A DNA stretch of 64,000 nt from an uncultured Candidatus Saccharibacteria bacterium (GCA_964654205.1 CAZZHR010000003.1:56839-120838), one strand, 5' to 3'. Counted from the stretch's first letter, positions 25,637 to 36,174 are shown. Notes: generated by a model from the sequence alone, not told the origin. Program-made: numbers and translations.

Positions 25637-28303
25637 ATGGCAGACAAAAAAAGCAACTTTGATGCCGGCAAAATTATCGTAAAGGGTGCTCGGACGCATA
25701 ACCTCAAAAACGTCACGGTAGAGATGCCGCGGGGCAAAATGATAGTGTTCACCGGCCTCTCTGGTAGTGGCAAATCGTCGCTTGCCTTTGACACCATATT
25801 TGCCGAAGGTCAGCGGAAGTACGTAGAATCGCTTTCCGCGTACGCACGCCAATTCCTCCGTCAAATGCAAAAGCCAGATGTCGACGAGATATCAGGGCTC
25901 TCTCCGGCTATTTCGATCGACCAGAAGAGTCGCTCCAATAACCCGCGCTCCACGGTGGCGACTATCACAGAGATATACGACTACCTGCGCGTGCTCTATG
26001 CTCGCGTGGGTCACCCGCACTGTCCGCAGTGCGGGCGCGAGGTGCGCAAACTTACGAACGAGGAAATTCTCGAGAAAGTTCTGGAAATCGTCGAAGAAGC
26101 GAGCCGTGCGCCGGCTGGCGGAAAGAAGACAAGCGGCAAAAAGCTTACGGGAAGCGTGTCCGGGGACAAGGTGCGCATATCGGCGCCGATGGTGGTAGGT
26201 CGCAAGGGCGAATACTATCAACTCCTCTACGACATGCTGAGCAAGGGTTTCGAGAAGGCAGTGATAGATGGCGAAGAGAAGTCTCTGCGAGAGCGCATCG
26301 TATTATCAAAGAATGACAGACATGACATCGACATTATCGTCGATGAAATATTCGTCTCGGAGTTCAACGATGACTCCAAGGGCTCGCTGGAACGCGCCTC
26401 GGAAGCGATAGAGCGTGCGCTGCATGAGAGCGATGGGCTCGTGCGTATCACCGAGCCGAGCGGCGAAGCGCATATCGTATCGGCCAAATTCATGTGCGCC
26501 TACGATGGCTTCTCGTTCCCAGAAGTAGAGCCGCGCCTTTTTTCATTCAATTCCCCATACGGAGCATGCCCGGAGTGCAACGGCCTCGGTACACGGTACC
26601 TCTGGAGCGACGAGGCCTGTCCGGTGTGCTCCGGTGCGCGCCTCCGGCCGGAAGCGCTTAATGTGTTTCTCGGTAAGGTACATCCGCCAGCTGTCGGAGC
26701 CACAGCGCACAATGGACCCGCTACGGGCACAAACATCGTCAAACTTGCGTCGCTTTCCATCGAGGATGCGATGAAGTTTTTCGAAGACCTCAAGCTCACG
26801 AAAAAGGAGCAGGAGATTTCGCGCACTGTCATCAAGGAAATCACGAGCCGGCTGCAGTTCATGCTCAATGTTGGCATCGAGTATCTTACACTCGATAGAA
26901 AAGCCAACACGCTCTCCGGTGGCGAGGCGCAGCGCATACGCCTTGCATCGCAGCTCGGGAGCGGTCTCGTGGGCGCACTCTACGTGCTCGACGAACCGAC
27001 CATCGGTCTACACCAGCGCGACAATGACAAGCTCATCGAGACGCTCAAGCATCTGCGCGACCTGGGCAATACGGTGCTCGTTGTCGAGCACGATGAGGAC
27101 ACCATCTACGCTGCGGATTACATCGTCGATATTGGGCCCGGTGCAGGTACGCATGGCGGTAACATCGTAGTCTCGGGCTGGCTCGAGGACCTGCTGACAG
27201 CGAAGACCAACAAGTCAGGCTCGCGCACCCTCGCGTATCTTCGCGAAGAAACGGTCATCGAGGTATCAGAGAAGCGTCGTACAGCCGACAAGGGCAAGAT
27301 AAAGATACGCGGTGGCAACAAATTCAATATCAAGAATCTGAATGTCGATATACCGCTCGGCAAGCTCGTCGGCATCACAGGTGTCTCTGGTTCGGGAAAA
27401 TCGACATTTCTCTATGAGATGCTCCACCGCAATCTACAAGCGCGTTTCGATAAGCGTTTCCGCACAGCAAAAACTTACAATGTGAAGGAATTTTCTGGCA
27501 CTGAATACCTTGGGCGCGCAATACTCATCGACCAGTCGCCCATAGGCCGCACGCCGCGCTCGAATCCCGCTACCTACACGGGTGCGTGGACACACATCCG
27601 AGACCTCTTTGCGATGAGTGAGGAGGCGCGTGCGCGAGGATGGAGCCCCGGCCGCTTCTCGTTCAACGTCAAAGGTGGGCGTTGTGAAGCATGTCAGGGC
27701 AATGGCCTCGTCGCCGTGGAGATGCACTTCCTACCGACAGTCTACGTGACCTGCGATGTCTGCAACGGTAGGCGCTTTATGAAAGAAACGCTCGAGGTGA
27801 AGTACAAGAAGAAAAGCATTCACGACGTGCTGTCGATGACGGTTGAAGAGGCGTTGATGTTCTTTGAGGACATTCCGGCGATTTCCGACAGGTTGCAGAC
27901 GCTCGCCGACGTGGGACTTTCCTACCTAGAGCTCGGCCAGAGTGCAACGACGCTCTCCGGTGGCGAAGCGCAGCGCGTGAAGATTGCTTCTGAGCTGTAC
28001 AGGCCGCACATCACCAAGAGTATCTACTTGCTCGACGAGCCGACTGTAGGACTCCACTACGACGACGTCGCGAAGCTCATTCAGATTCTGCAAAAACTTG
28101 TAGAGAGGGGAAACACCGTCGTGGTTATCGAGCACAATCTCGACGTACTCAAGTGCGCCGATTACCTCGTCGACATGGGACCTGAGGGGGGCGAGCGTGG
28201 CGGGCAGATAGTCGCGACCGGAACGCCGGAAGAAGTATCAAAAACAGACGGATCACATACGGGGTACTATTTGAAGAAAATCTTGAAGAAGGGAAAAAAG
28301 TAG
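25637..28303 (+). CDS. uvrA: Excinuclease ABC subunit A
   Basis: Two ABC ATPase modules ([14 protein letters not shown]... and [10 protein letters not shown]...) with zinc-finger cysteines ([25 protein letters not shown]...CDVCNG). Confidence 0.9.
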   Translation: MADKKSNFDAGKIIVKGARTHNLKNVTVEMPRGKMIVFTGLSGSGKSSLAFDTIFAEGQRKYVESLSAYARQFLRQMQKPDVDEISGLSPAISIDQKSRSNNPRSTVATITEIYDYLRVLYARVGHPHCPQCGREVRKLTNEEILEKVLEIVEEASRAPAGGKKTSGKKLTGSVSGDKVRISAPMVVGRKGEYYQLLYDMLSKGFEKAVIDGEEKSLRERIVLSKNDRHDIDIIVDEIFVSEFNDDSKGSLERASEAIERALHESDGLVRITEPSGEAHIVSAKFMCAYDGFSFPEVEPRLFSFNSPYGACPECNGLGTRYLWSDEACPVCSGARLRPEALNVFLGKVHPPAVGATAHNGPATGTNIVKLASLSIEDAMKFFEDLKLTKKEQEISRTVIKEITSRLQFMLNVGIEYLTLDRKANTLSGGEAQRIRLASQLGSGLVGALYVLDEPTIGLHQRDNDKLIETLKHLRDLGNTVLVVEHDEDTIYAADYIVDIGPGAGTHGGNIVVSGWLEDLLTAKTNKSGSRTLAYLREETVIEVSEKRRTADKGKIKIRGGNKFNIKNLNVDIPLGKLVGITGVSGSGKSTFLYEMLHRNLQARFDKRFRTAKTYNVKEFSGTEYLGRAILIDQSPIGRTPRSNPATYTGAWTHIRDLFAMSEEARARGWSPGRFSFNVKGGRCEACQGNGLVAVEMHFLPTVYVTCDVCNGRRFMKETLEVKYKKKSIHDVLSMTVEEALMFFEDIPAISDRLQTLADVGLSYLELGQSATTLSGGEAQRVKIASELYRPHITKSIYLLDEPTVGLHYDDVAKLIQILQKLVERGNTVVVIEHNLDVLKCADYLVDMGPEGGERGGQIVATGTPEEVSKTDGSHTGYYLKKILKKGKK

Positions 28304-28322
28304 GCGGGAGTTAAAGTTGGGC

Positions 28323-28350
28323 GCCCGACCGGATTGGACTCCGGTCGGGC
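28323..28350. terminator. Bidirectional hairpin GCCCGACCGGA-TTGGAC-TCCGGTCGGGC between convergent uvrA and carB
   Basis: Perfect 11-bp stem in the 250-nt convergent intergenic region. Confidence 0.55.
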
Positions 28351-28551
28351 TTGCTTGTCTTAGGGTACCCCACAGGCGCCTTTCGGAGCTCGCAAATTCT
28401 GCCCGTGCTTTGCGACATGTCGGAGAGCCTAAGCCCGAGGTTGGTGATGCGCCATGACGACGCCCACGGTCCCGCGCAAGGCGGTGGTGTGTGCCCCTCG
28501 GTTCTCAAGCCGCGGTGATTCTAGACTGATCTCGCGACTCGCGCCACTCGC

Positions 28552-31500
28552 TTACTCCACGGTGCGGTACTCGTCCCAACTCCGTACCGCACTTGTGGTT
28601 GCGTGTTCAGCAATCGCCATCACGAAAGCCTCGGCGAGTTGGCGATTCGTGATAAGCGGGATGTTCATGTCGATCGCTTTGCGTCGCACGGCGAATCCAT
28701 CCTCCGTAGGCTTGAGCGCACGCTCTTGGATGTTGATGATAAGGTCGAGTTCACCGGAATTGAGCAAGTCGAGCACGTTGGGTTTCTTGCGCTGGTGCAG
28801 TTTATACACCTTTTTGCTCTTGACGCGATGTTTCGCCAGAAAATCCGCGGTGTGCTCTGTTGCATAGAACACGAAGCCCATGTCGCGCAGCTTCTCAATA
28901 GCGGGTAGAAGTTTTACCTTGTTCTCAACTCCGCCGAGGGAGATGAGTATGTGCTTCTTGGGCAGTCTGAAACCCGCGGCCATCATGGAATTGATGAGCG
29001 CTTCGGCATAGGAGACACCGAAACATGCGACCTCGCCAGTCGACGCCATCTCTACGGATGTGCGTGGATCGGCGCCCTTGATGCGGTTGAACGAAAACTG
29101 CGGTGATTTCACTGCGACAGTATCGAGTTCTAGTGTGCGATACTCGCCGGACACATCACGTCCGAGCATAGCTCTGAGCGCTATGTCAATGAAGTTGTAG
29201 CCAGTGACTTTTGAGACGAAGGGGAAGCTGCGCGAGGCGCGGAGGTTGCATTCGATGACCTGAATCTTGTTGTCTTTTGCGAGGAATTGGATGTTGAATG
29301 GGCCGGTGATGTCGAGCTCTCTGACGATGAGCTTCGCAATCTCTTTCGCGCGCCGTATGGTCTCTAGGTAGGTACGCTGCGGTGGCAACACTACAGTGGC
29401 ATCGCCCGAGTGCGTTCCTGCGTTCTCTACGTGTTCTGTGATGGCGTAGACGACGAGTTTGCCCCTCTTGGCGACGCCGTCGATTTCGATTTCGCGAGCG
29501 TTTTCGATAAACTTTGAGATGACCACAGGGTGGTCGTCGGATATGCTCGCCGCCTTCTTGAGGAATTGTCGCAGCTCCCTTTCATCGTATGCGACGCGCA
29601 TGGCAGCGCCTGAAAGCACGTACGATGGACGAACGAGCACAGGGTAGCCCAATTTTTTTGCCGTCTTGCGAGCCCCACTCTGTGTCGAAAGCTCTGCCCA
29701 ACCGGGCTGGTCTACACCCAGCTTATCGAGCATCTTGGAAAACACGTGTCTGTCCTCGGCGCGATTAATGTTCTCAGGTGACGTGCCAAGTATGGGGACA
29801 CGCGCTTTGTGGAGGTGCAGCGCGAGGTTGTTGGGAATCTGGCCGCCGGTCGAGACGACGACTGATTTCGGCTTCTCGAACTCGATAATGTCGAGAATGC
29901 GCTCCAGTGAGAGCTCATCGAAATACAGTCGGTCGGACATGTCGTAATCTGTCGACACCGTCTCTGGATTTGAATTGATCATGAGCGTACCGTAGCCCTC
30001 CTTCTTGAGCGTCTTTAGCGCTTGCACACACGACCAATCAAACTCAACCGAGGAACCGATGCAGTACGGGCCGGAACCGAGGACCGCGATTTGGTTCTCT
30101 CCTCGCTCGATGTCGTGTTCGCTGCCGTGGTACGTGAGATAGAGGTAATTCGTCTTTGCGGGAAACTCCCCTGCGAGGGTATCAATTTGCTTTATCACGG
30201 GGAGTACGTCGTATTTCTTCCTAAGCGCGCGAATCCTCAGCTCTGTGGTCCTCTTTATGAGGGCAATCTGTGTGTCAGAGAATCCGGCGCGCTTTGCCTC
30301 TGTGAGCGATGCCTTGTTCAATGCGCCACGTTTCAGCTTTCTTTCGATGCGAATAACGTTCTGCATTTTAGAAAGGAACCAAACATCAATTTTTGACATG
30401 GCATGTATGCGATCGAGACTCATACCCTCGCGCAGAGCCTGCGCGAGAGCGAAAACGCGGCGCGTTGTAGGTTCCTGAATTTCCGAGCGGTAGTTCCTAA
30501 AAGCGAAGTTTCCGTTCTTTTGAGCAGTGAAGCCAGTGGCACCGATATTGAGCATGCGAATTGCCTTTTGCAGCACCTCCTCGAAGCTGCGGCCTATCGC
30601 CATGATTTCGCCGACACTCTTCATTTCAGTACCGATGCGGTCTAGTGCGCGTCCGCCGATTTGCGAGTCAAACTTAGCGAGGTCCCAACGAGGCATTTTG
30701 AGCGCGACGTAGTCGAGCGCAGGCTCGAAGCATGCAATCGTCTTTTTGGTTACGGAATTTTTTATGTCTGTGAGGTTGTAGCCGAGGCCGAGCTTGGCTG
30801 CAACGAACGCGAGCGGATACCCCGTGGCTTTCGAAGCGAGGGCGGAGGAGCGGGAGAGGCGTGCGTTGACTTCGATGACGCGATACTCTCCGGTCTTAGG
30901 ATGCAGGGCGTACTGAATGTTGCACTCGCCGATGATACCGAGGTGCCGAATCGTCCTGATGGCCACTTCACGGAGCATGTGGTAGTCGCGATTGGAAAGC
31001 GTCTGCGACGGTGCGACCACGATGCTCTCGCCTGTGTGGATGCCCATAGGGTCGATGTTCTCCATGTTGCAGACCGTGATGCAGTTGTCGGCAGCGTCGC
31101 GTACGACTTCGTACTCGATTTCTTTCCAGCCGCCCAGATACTCTTCTATTAGCACCTGTGGCACGTTGCGGAACACCTCGCCGAGCTTCGCCTTGAGATC
31201 TTTCTCCGACGCGACCATGCCTGAGCCTTCTCCGCCGAGCGCAAAACCCGCCCGCACCATGACGGGGTAGCCGATATCTCTTGCAGCCTTAGCCGCTTCT
31301 GGAATAGTCCGAGCTGCGCGACTCCTTGCGGTCAGCACATCAATTTCCCTTAAGCGAGCCACAAAGAGGTCTCGGTCCTCAGTATCGCGGATAGTTTTGA
31401 CGGGTGTGCCAAGCACGCGAACGCCATGCTTCTTGAGCACTCCATTCTCTTCAAGCTCAAGGCCGAGGTTTAGGGCGGTTTGCCCGCCGAAGGAAAGGAA

Positions 31501-31743
31501 TATCGCATCCGGCTTCTCTTTCGCGATAACCTCTGTGGCGAACGCACGTGTTAACGGCAAGAAGTAGACCGAATCGGCGAGCCCCGAATCCGTCTGGACG
31601 GTGGCAATGTTTGGATTCATGAGCACAATTTTTATACCCTCCTCCCTCATTGCCTTAATGGCTTGGGAGCCAGAGTAGTCGAACTCGCCGGCCTGGCCGA
31701 TTTTCAGGCCGCCCGAGCCGAGCAGGAGCACCTTCTTTGGCAT
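28552..31743 (-). CDS. carB: Carbamoyl-phosphate synthase large subunit
   Basis: MPKKVLLLGSGGLKIGQAGEFDYSGSQA... duplicated ATP-grasp halves and MGS-like C-terminus; about 1063 aa. Confidence 0.9.
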   Translation of the reverse strand: MPKKVLLLGSGGLKIGQAGEFDYSGSQAIKAMREEGIKIVLMNPNIATVQTDSGLADSVYFLPLTRAFATEVIAKEKPDAIFLSFGGQTALNLGLELEENGVLKKHGVRVLGTPVKTIRDTEDRDLFVARLREIDVLTARSRAARTIPEAAKAARDIGYPVMVRAGFALGGEGSGMVASEKDLKAKLGEVFRNVPQVLIEEYLGGWKEIEYEVVRDAADNCITVCNMENIDPMGIHTGESIVVAPSQTLSNRDYHMLREVAIRTIRHLGIIGECNIQYALHPKTGEYRVIEVNARLSRSSALASKATGYPLAFVAAKLGLGYNLTDIKNSVTKKTIACFEPALDYVALKMPRWDLAKFDSQIGGRALDRIGTEMKSVGEIMAIGRSFEEVLQKAIRMLNIGATGFTAQKNGNFAFRNYRSEIQEPTTRRVFALAQALREGMSLDRIHAMSKIDVWFLSKMQNVIRIERKLKRGALNKASLTEAKRAGFSDTQIALIKRTTELRIRALRKKYDVLPVIKQIDTLAGEFPAKTNYLYLTYHGSEHDIERGENQIAVLGSGPYCIGSSVEFDWSCVQALKTLKKEGYGTLMINSNPETVSTDYDMSDRLYFDELSLERILDIIEFEKPKSVVVSTGGQIPNNLALHLHKARVPILGTSPENINRAEDRHVFSKMLDKLGVDQPGWAELSTQSGARKTAKKLGYPVLVRPSYVLSGAAMRVAYDERELRQFLKKAASISDDHPVVISKFIENAREIEIDGVAKRGKLVVYAITEHVENAGTHSGDATVVLPPQRTYLETIRRAKEIAKLIVRELDITGPFNIQFLAKDNKIQVIECNLRASRSFPFVSKVTGYNFIDIALRAMLGRDVSGEYRTLELDTVAVKSPQFSFNRIKGADPRTSVEMASTGEVACFGVSYAEALINSMMAAGFRLPKKHILISLGGVENKVKLLPAIEKLRDMGFVFYATEHTADFLAKHRVKSKKVYKLHQRKKPNVLDLLNSGELDLIINIQERALKPTEDGFAVRRKAIDMNIPLITNRQLAEAFVMAIAEHATTSAVRSWDEYRTVE

Positions 31744-31760
31744 TGTGAATGATTCGCGTG

Positions 31761-32816
31761 TCATATACGAGTCCTAGCGCGCTTGTGTGCGGAGAGGTAC
31801 GAGAGAAACTCGTCGAAAATCCATGCCGTATCGGTGGGACCGGGCGAGGCTTCCGGATGGAACTGCACGGAAGCCCACGGACGCGAGACATGACGGATGC
31901 CTTCTACGGAGCCGTCGTTCGCATTGGTAAACCATACAGCCCAGCTCGTTGAGAGAGTAGATGCATCGACGGCATAGCCGTGATTTTGAGAAGTGATGTA
32001 GCAGCGACCGGTGTCCGCATCAATGCAGGGCTGGTTTTGACCTCGATGGCCGTACTTGAGCTTGTACGTGGATGCCCCTGCTGCTAGTGCGAGGAGTTGG
32101 TTGCCGAGACAGACTCCAAGAATCGGCTTGCCATCACGCATCGCCTTGCGAATGTGGTGGATGGTCACATCGCACATCTGGGGGTCGCCGGGGCCGTTGG
32201 AAAGGACGAGTGCGTCGTACTGGTCTTGCGTGAAGTCGTAGTTCCAGGGGACGCGCGTGACTGTCGTTTCCTTGCGCGTCAGAGAGCGAACAATGTTCTC
32301 CTTCATGCCACAGTCAACCGCAATGATCCGGACAGAGCCGCTGCCGTATTCCCGAATTTCCCTAGGTGACACCCTAGCAACAAGATTCTCCCTGTTTGGG
32401 TCGATAAATTCGTGCGGCTCATCGCGAACTATCTGACCAAGCATGACACCTCGTTCGCGAAGCTTCTTCGTGAGTGCGCGAGTGTCGATGCCGGAGAGTG
32501 CCGGCACGCCGCTCTCTTTCACCCATGTTGAGAGGGAGCGCGTAGCCTCATGGTGGGAGTACACTTCAGAATACTCAGCGACGACGAGTCCGGAAATGTG
32601 CATTCGGTCGGACTCAAATCTTTCCGGGCTTGGGACACCGTAATTGCCTATAAGGGGGTACGTGCAAACGAGAATTTGTCCAGCGAAAGACGGGTCGGTG
32701 AGCGACTCGACGTATCCTGTCATGCCGGTCGAGAAAACGACCTCGCCGGTCATCTCCTTGTCGGCGCCGAAGCTGACGCCCTCGTACACGCTGCCATCCT
32801 CGAGGATGAGTCTCAT
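31761..32816 (-). CDS. carA: Carbamoyl-phosphate synthase small subunit (glutaminase)
   Basis: MRLILEDGSVYEG... N-domain and class I amidotransferase triad region (…VLGVCLGNQLL…, …FHPE…). Internal ATG used; the extended ORF start would overlap carB. Confidence 0.9.
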   Translation of the reverse strand: MRLILEDGSVYEGVSFGADKEMTGEVVFSTGMTGYVESLTDPSFAGQILVCTYPLIGNYGVPSPERFESDRMHISGLVVAEYSEVYSHHEATRSLSTWVKESGVPALSGIDTRALTKKLRERGVMLGQIVRDEPHEFIDPNRENLVARVSPREIREYGSGSVRIIAVDCGMKENIVRSLTRKETTVTRVPWNYDFTQDQYDALVLSNGPGDPQMCDVTIHHIRKAMRDGKPILGVCLGNQLLALAAGASTYKLKYGHRGQNQPCIDADTGRCYITSQNHGYAVDASTLSTSWAVWFTNANDGSVEGIRHVSRPWASVQFHPEASPGPTDTAWIFDEFLSYLSAHKRARTRI

Positions 32817-32825
32817 ATATGAAGA

Positions 32826-32844
32826 GTCCCGCTTGAGGCGGGAC
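32826..32844 (-). promoter_or_regulatory. Perfect hairpin GUCCCGC-CUCAA-GCGGGAC in the carA 5' leader, ending ~9 nt before the start codon
   Basis: Seen directly in the sequence; it lies where an SD would be, so it could sequester the ribosome-binding region. Regulatory role is inference. Confidence 0.35.
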
Positions 32845-32968
32845 AATGAAGACAAAAAAATACACCCAGGTGGGTGCTCGTGTTGAGTGCTGTCTTCGGA
32901 GTCATTAAAGCCTCAGTATAGGGGTAGAAACCGTGCGAACAAATCTTCGTGACCTGTGGAAAACAGTG

Positions 32969-32997
32969 CCGGCCGAGCGCGCGAGGCGCTCGGCCGG
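32969..32997 (-). terminator. Hairpin CCGGCCGAGCGC-GCGAG-GCGCTCGGCCGG after the small minus-strand gene 33009..33215
   Basis: Perfect 12-bp stem 12 nt downstream (minus strand) of the small-gene stop. Confidence 0.5.
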
Positions 32998-33008
32998 GTG
33001 GTAAGCGG

Positions 33009-33215
33009 CTAGAACCGGGTGTCGAATAGACGCGGCTCATCTCGCTCATCATAGAGCGGTTCTTCGACCGCGGATGCGGGTTCCTTGGGTGCGAATAGCG
33101 CCGCAAGAGCACCGATCACCAACGTTAGGATGAAGATAATCGGTATGAGCCATACCGACCAAGGAAGCTCCCAATCAGCAACAGAAAGCCAATGCAAGTG
33201 GTTGGCGTGCAACAT
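33009..33215 (-). CDS. Small membrane protein (68 aa) with strong SD (GGAGGT-N5-ATG)
   Basis: MLHANHLHWLSVADWELPWSVWLIPIIFILTLVIGALAALFAPKEP... has one TM helix and is preceded by GGAGGTAAAC-ATG; divergent from uvrC. Confidence 0.45.
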   Translation of the reverse strand: MLHANHLHWLSVADWELPWSVWLIPIIFILTLVIGALAALFAPKEPASAVEEPLYDERDEPRLFDTRF

Positions 33216-33262
33216 GTTTACCTCCGCTGTCGCAACGGTACGACCTGTGGTATCACGTGTCA

Positions 33263-34495
33263 ATGCAGCGCGCGGATTTAGCGAAGTTCAAACTCCCCGA
33301 TGAGCCGGGTGTGTACACCTTCAAAAAGGGGAGGCGTATTCTCTACATCGGCAAAGCGACGTCGCTGCGCGACAGAGTGCGCAGCTATTTCAGCGGTGAT
33401 GTACCGGAGACTCGCGGGGTGCACATCGAGAAGATGGTCGCCGAGGCGGACAAGGTGAGTTACGAAACCACGCAATCGGTGCTTGAAGCACTCATCCTCG
33501 AGGCAAACCTCATCAAGCGGCACATGCCGCCGTACAACGCCGCATCGAAGGACAACAAAAGTTTCAACTACCTCGTTATCACGAAAGAAGATTTTCCGCG
33601 CGTACTCGTGGTGCGCGGCAGGGAGCTCTACCAAAACTGGAAGAATTCAGACATCAAGTATCTCTTCGGGCCATTTCCACAAGGCCTGGCGCTTCAAGAT
33701 GCACTCAAGATTGTGCGTAAGATATTCCCATATCGTGACAGCAAATGCGTACCGTGCTCCGTGCAGTTACAAAAATCAAAGTCATGTAGACCGTGCTTCA
33801 ACAGGCAAATAGGTCTGTGCCCGGGTGTCTGCAGTGGGGAGATGTCCAAGGCAGAGTACTCTCAGACGGTACGGCACATCTGCCAGCTTTTCTCAGGCAA
33901 TTTCCGTGGACTCAAGAGGCAGCTCACTAAAGAGATGAAGGCGGCCGCAAAGAACGAGCAGTTTGAGCTCGCCTCGAAACTCCGCCGTCAATGTGCGGCG
34001 CTTGAACACATCAAGGATGTTTCGCTCATAAAGGCTGAGCGAGTTTCTTCCGGCGGCGGTGCGCGCATAGAGGCATTTGACGTCGCGCATACTTCGGGAC
34101 AGGAAACGGTAGCAGTGATGACTGTGGTCATGGGAGGGGAGGCATACAAAGCTGCATATCGAAAGTTCAAGATACATACAGCTGAGAACAACGACGTAGC
34201 GGCGCTCGCAGAAGCGCTCGAGCGTCGGCTCGGTCACTCGGAGTGGCCTCTGCCACGTGCATTTGTGGTCGACGGCAGTACAGCGCAGATACGCGCGGCC
34301 GAACGCCTTCTCAAGAAGGCTGGGGTGAACATACCGGTGGTGGGCGTGGTGAAAGATGAGAGGCATAAGCCGATCAGGGTTGCAGGTGAAAGGCGAGTGG
34401 TCGAGGCGTTTGAGAAAGACATTCTGCTCGCCAACAGCGAAGCACACAGATTTGCTATTTCATGGCACCGCAAAAGGAGAGGAAAAATCTGGTAA
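33263..34495 (+). CDS. uvrC: Excinuclease ABC subunit C, short form lacking the C-terminal HhH domain
   Basis: GIY-YIG N-terminus (PGVYTFKKGRRILYIGKATSLRDRVRSY), Cys-rich region, UvrB-interaction helix, RNase H-like endonuclease region (…AFDVAHTSGQETVAVMTVV…). Ends at about 410 aa. Confidence 0.8.
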   Translation: MQRADLAKFKLPDEPGVYTFKKGRRILYIGKATSLRDRVRSYFSGDVPETRGVHIEKMVAEADKVSYETTQSVLEALILEANLIKRHMPPYNAASKDNKSFNYLVITKEDFPRVLVVRGRELYQNWKNSDIKYLFGPFPQGLALQDALKIVRKIFPYRDSKCVPCSVQLQKSKSCRPCFNRQIGLCPGVCSGEMSKAEYSQTVRHICQLFSGNFRGLKRQLTKEMKAAAKNEQFELASKLRRQCAALEHIKDVSLIKAERVSSGGGARIEAFDVAHTSGQETVAVMTVVMGGEAYKAAYRKFKIHTAENNDVAALAEALERRLGHSEWPLPRAFVVDGSTAQIRAAERLLKKAGVNIPVVGVVKDERHKPIRVAGERRVVEAFEKDILLANSEAHRFAISWHRKRRGKIW

Positions 34496-34600
34496 ATGTC
34501 ATATCCCTAGATTGTGTCCGGCCGGCCACAATCCAGGGATATCGAGTAAGGACGGAATTAATTGCGGATAACACCACGCCTGACGCGGTATACTAGTCGC

Positions 34601-35092
34601 ATGAGGCTTGGCAGAATTATTTTGCAGCTTTGTGCCCTTTTCATTGCTGGCGCGATACTGTTTGGCGGATACGCGTGGTACCGCGATCGGCAAGTGGAAA
34701 ACTTTATACGAAGTCCAAAGAGTGCAGCGTCGCTGCGCGCACTGCTCAACCACTGGTCTCAGGCGCCGGCGATGACATGTGTCAGCCAGGCTTCAGGGTT
34801 CAACGCTGCGGAGCGAAGAATGTCTTGGCACTACGAAGGGAAGTCGCGATTCGACACTGTGCGACTGTCGGAGGGTGGTCAACGCAGCCACCTCGTTCTC
34901 GACGCGGAGAATCTGTATGCCTGGGGCGACGGTTCGCAGGAGATAGTCCATCTGACCGCTGACTATCCGATTCCGGATGCGGCAATTGAGTTTGCAGACG
35001 AGATACTTTCCGATGGGCTGTGCGAGATTTGGTGGAGTCCAGACGAATCCGTGTTCCGTGTCCCTGCACACTTACCTCTCATCAGTCTTTAG
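34601..35092 (+). CDS. Hypothetical membrane-anchored protein
   Basis: N-terminal TM helix (IILQLCALFIAGAILFGGYAWY) followed by a ~130-aa soluble domain; no family recognised. Confidence 0.4.
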   Translation: MRLGRIILQLCALFIAGAILFGGYAWYRDRQVENFIRSPKSAASLRALLNHWSQAPAMTCVSQASGFNAAERRMSWHYEGKSRFDTVRLSEGGQRSHLVLDAENLYAWGDGSQEIVHLTADYPIPDAAIEFADEILSDGLCEIWWSPDESVFRVPAHLPLISL

Positions 35093-35097
35093 GCATT

Positions 35098-35172
35098 AGC
35101 GGTGCTATACCCCGTGAGATACACACTCCCGAGTAAGTATTGAGCTCGGAGCTTTCTATCTCACGGGGTATA
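35098..35172. repeat. Inverted pair AGCGGTGCTATACCCCGTGAGATA ... TATCTCACGGGGTATA (perfect 16-bp arms, 35-nt spacer with nested hairpin); the right arm overlaps the TATAAT -10 box of ddl
   Basis: Read directly from the sequence; ddl ATG at 35181 is 9 nt after TATAAT. Confidence 0.85.
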
Positions 35173-35180
35173 ATTTACTC

Positions 35181-36149
35181 ATGACACGCACCATTGTTGG
35201 TGTACTTCGTGGCGGAACTTCCAATGAGTATCCGCTCTCGCTGAAGACCGGCGCAGAGATGCTGCGCGCACTACCGGACGAGCGCTACGATGTCCGCGAC
35301 ATACTCATCGATAGAACGGGTCTGTGGCACTACCGCGGTCAGCCAGCCACTCCGGCGCGTGCACTCGCCCAGCTCGACGTCGTACTCAATGCGCTTCACG
35401 GTGGCGTGGGTGAGGATGGCACGGTGCAGCGCATACTTGAGCGCGCTGCCGTGCCGTACGCAGGCTCAAGGCCACAGCATGCGGCTGCGGCGCTCAATAA
35501 GATCCGCGCGAGGGAAATCCTGAAAATGGCGGGCGTACGCATGCCGCGCGCCCTCTCATTTTCCATAGACAACGGTCTTAATACGGCGGAAATGGCTACC
35601 GCCGTATTCTCGCTTTTTCCGCCGCCGTATGTGGTAAAGCCGCAGAGCGACGGGGCGAGCCACGGCATCGTCCTTGTCCGCACGCTCAACGACTTGCCGG
35701 ATGCGATAGGCGACGTCATAGACGAGTATGGGGCTGCGCTCGTCGAGGAGTATATTCGCGGTGAAGAAGTATCGGTGGGGATTATTGAAAACTTCCGCAG
35801 TGAACCTCTGTACGTGCTCCCCCCGGCTCATGTGCATAAGGACACACCTCATCTGCACCACACGCATCACCACGACGGCCTTTTGCGTCACAGCGTGCCG
35901 AGCAGATTCTCTTTTGAACATAAGCTTTCGCTTGCCGATGTCGCCCGTAGTGCTCATCGCGCGCTCGGGCTTCTGCACTTCTCGCGCAGCGACATCATCC
36001 TTGCGCCGCACGGCATCTATCTTTTGGAAATAAACTCGATTCCCGGTCTCTACCCGAGCGCGACCTTCCCAGCCATGCTCGAGAGCGTCGGGTCGTCCGT
36101 CCGCGAGTTTCTCGAGCACGCGATACATCTGGCCAAGAATCATCGCTAA
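35181..36149 (+). CDS. ddl: D-alanine--D-alanine ligase
   Basis: …IVGVLRGGTSNEYPLSLKTG… N-domain plus ATP-grasp fold; typical Ddl length. Confidence 0.85.
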   Translation: MTRTIVGVLRGGTSNEYPLSLKTGAEMLRALPDERYDVRDILIDRTGLWHYRGQPATPARALAQLDVVLNALHGGVGEDGTVQRILERAAVPYAGSRPQHAAAALNKIRAREILKMAGVRMPRALSFSIDNGLNTAEMATAVFSLFPPPYVVKPQSDGASHGIVLVRTLNDLPDAIGDVIDEYGAALVEEYIRGEEVSVGIIENFRSEPLYVLPPAHVHKDTPHLHHTHHHDGLLRHSVPSRFSFEHKLSLADVARSAHRALGLLHFSRSDIILAPHGIYLLEINSIPGLYPSATFPAMLESVGSSVREFLEHAIHLAKNHR

Positions 36150-36174
36150 TGGCATAATCTCGCTGTTCGTATAC

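Noticed and set aside
28557-28595. Hairpin GTGCGGTAC...GTACCGCAC at the 3' end of carB as a terminator
   Set aside because: It lies inside the carB coding sequence (encodes ...AVRSWDEYRTVE). The clearer convergent terminator is the 11-bp stem at 28323-28350.
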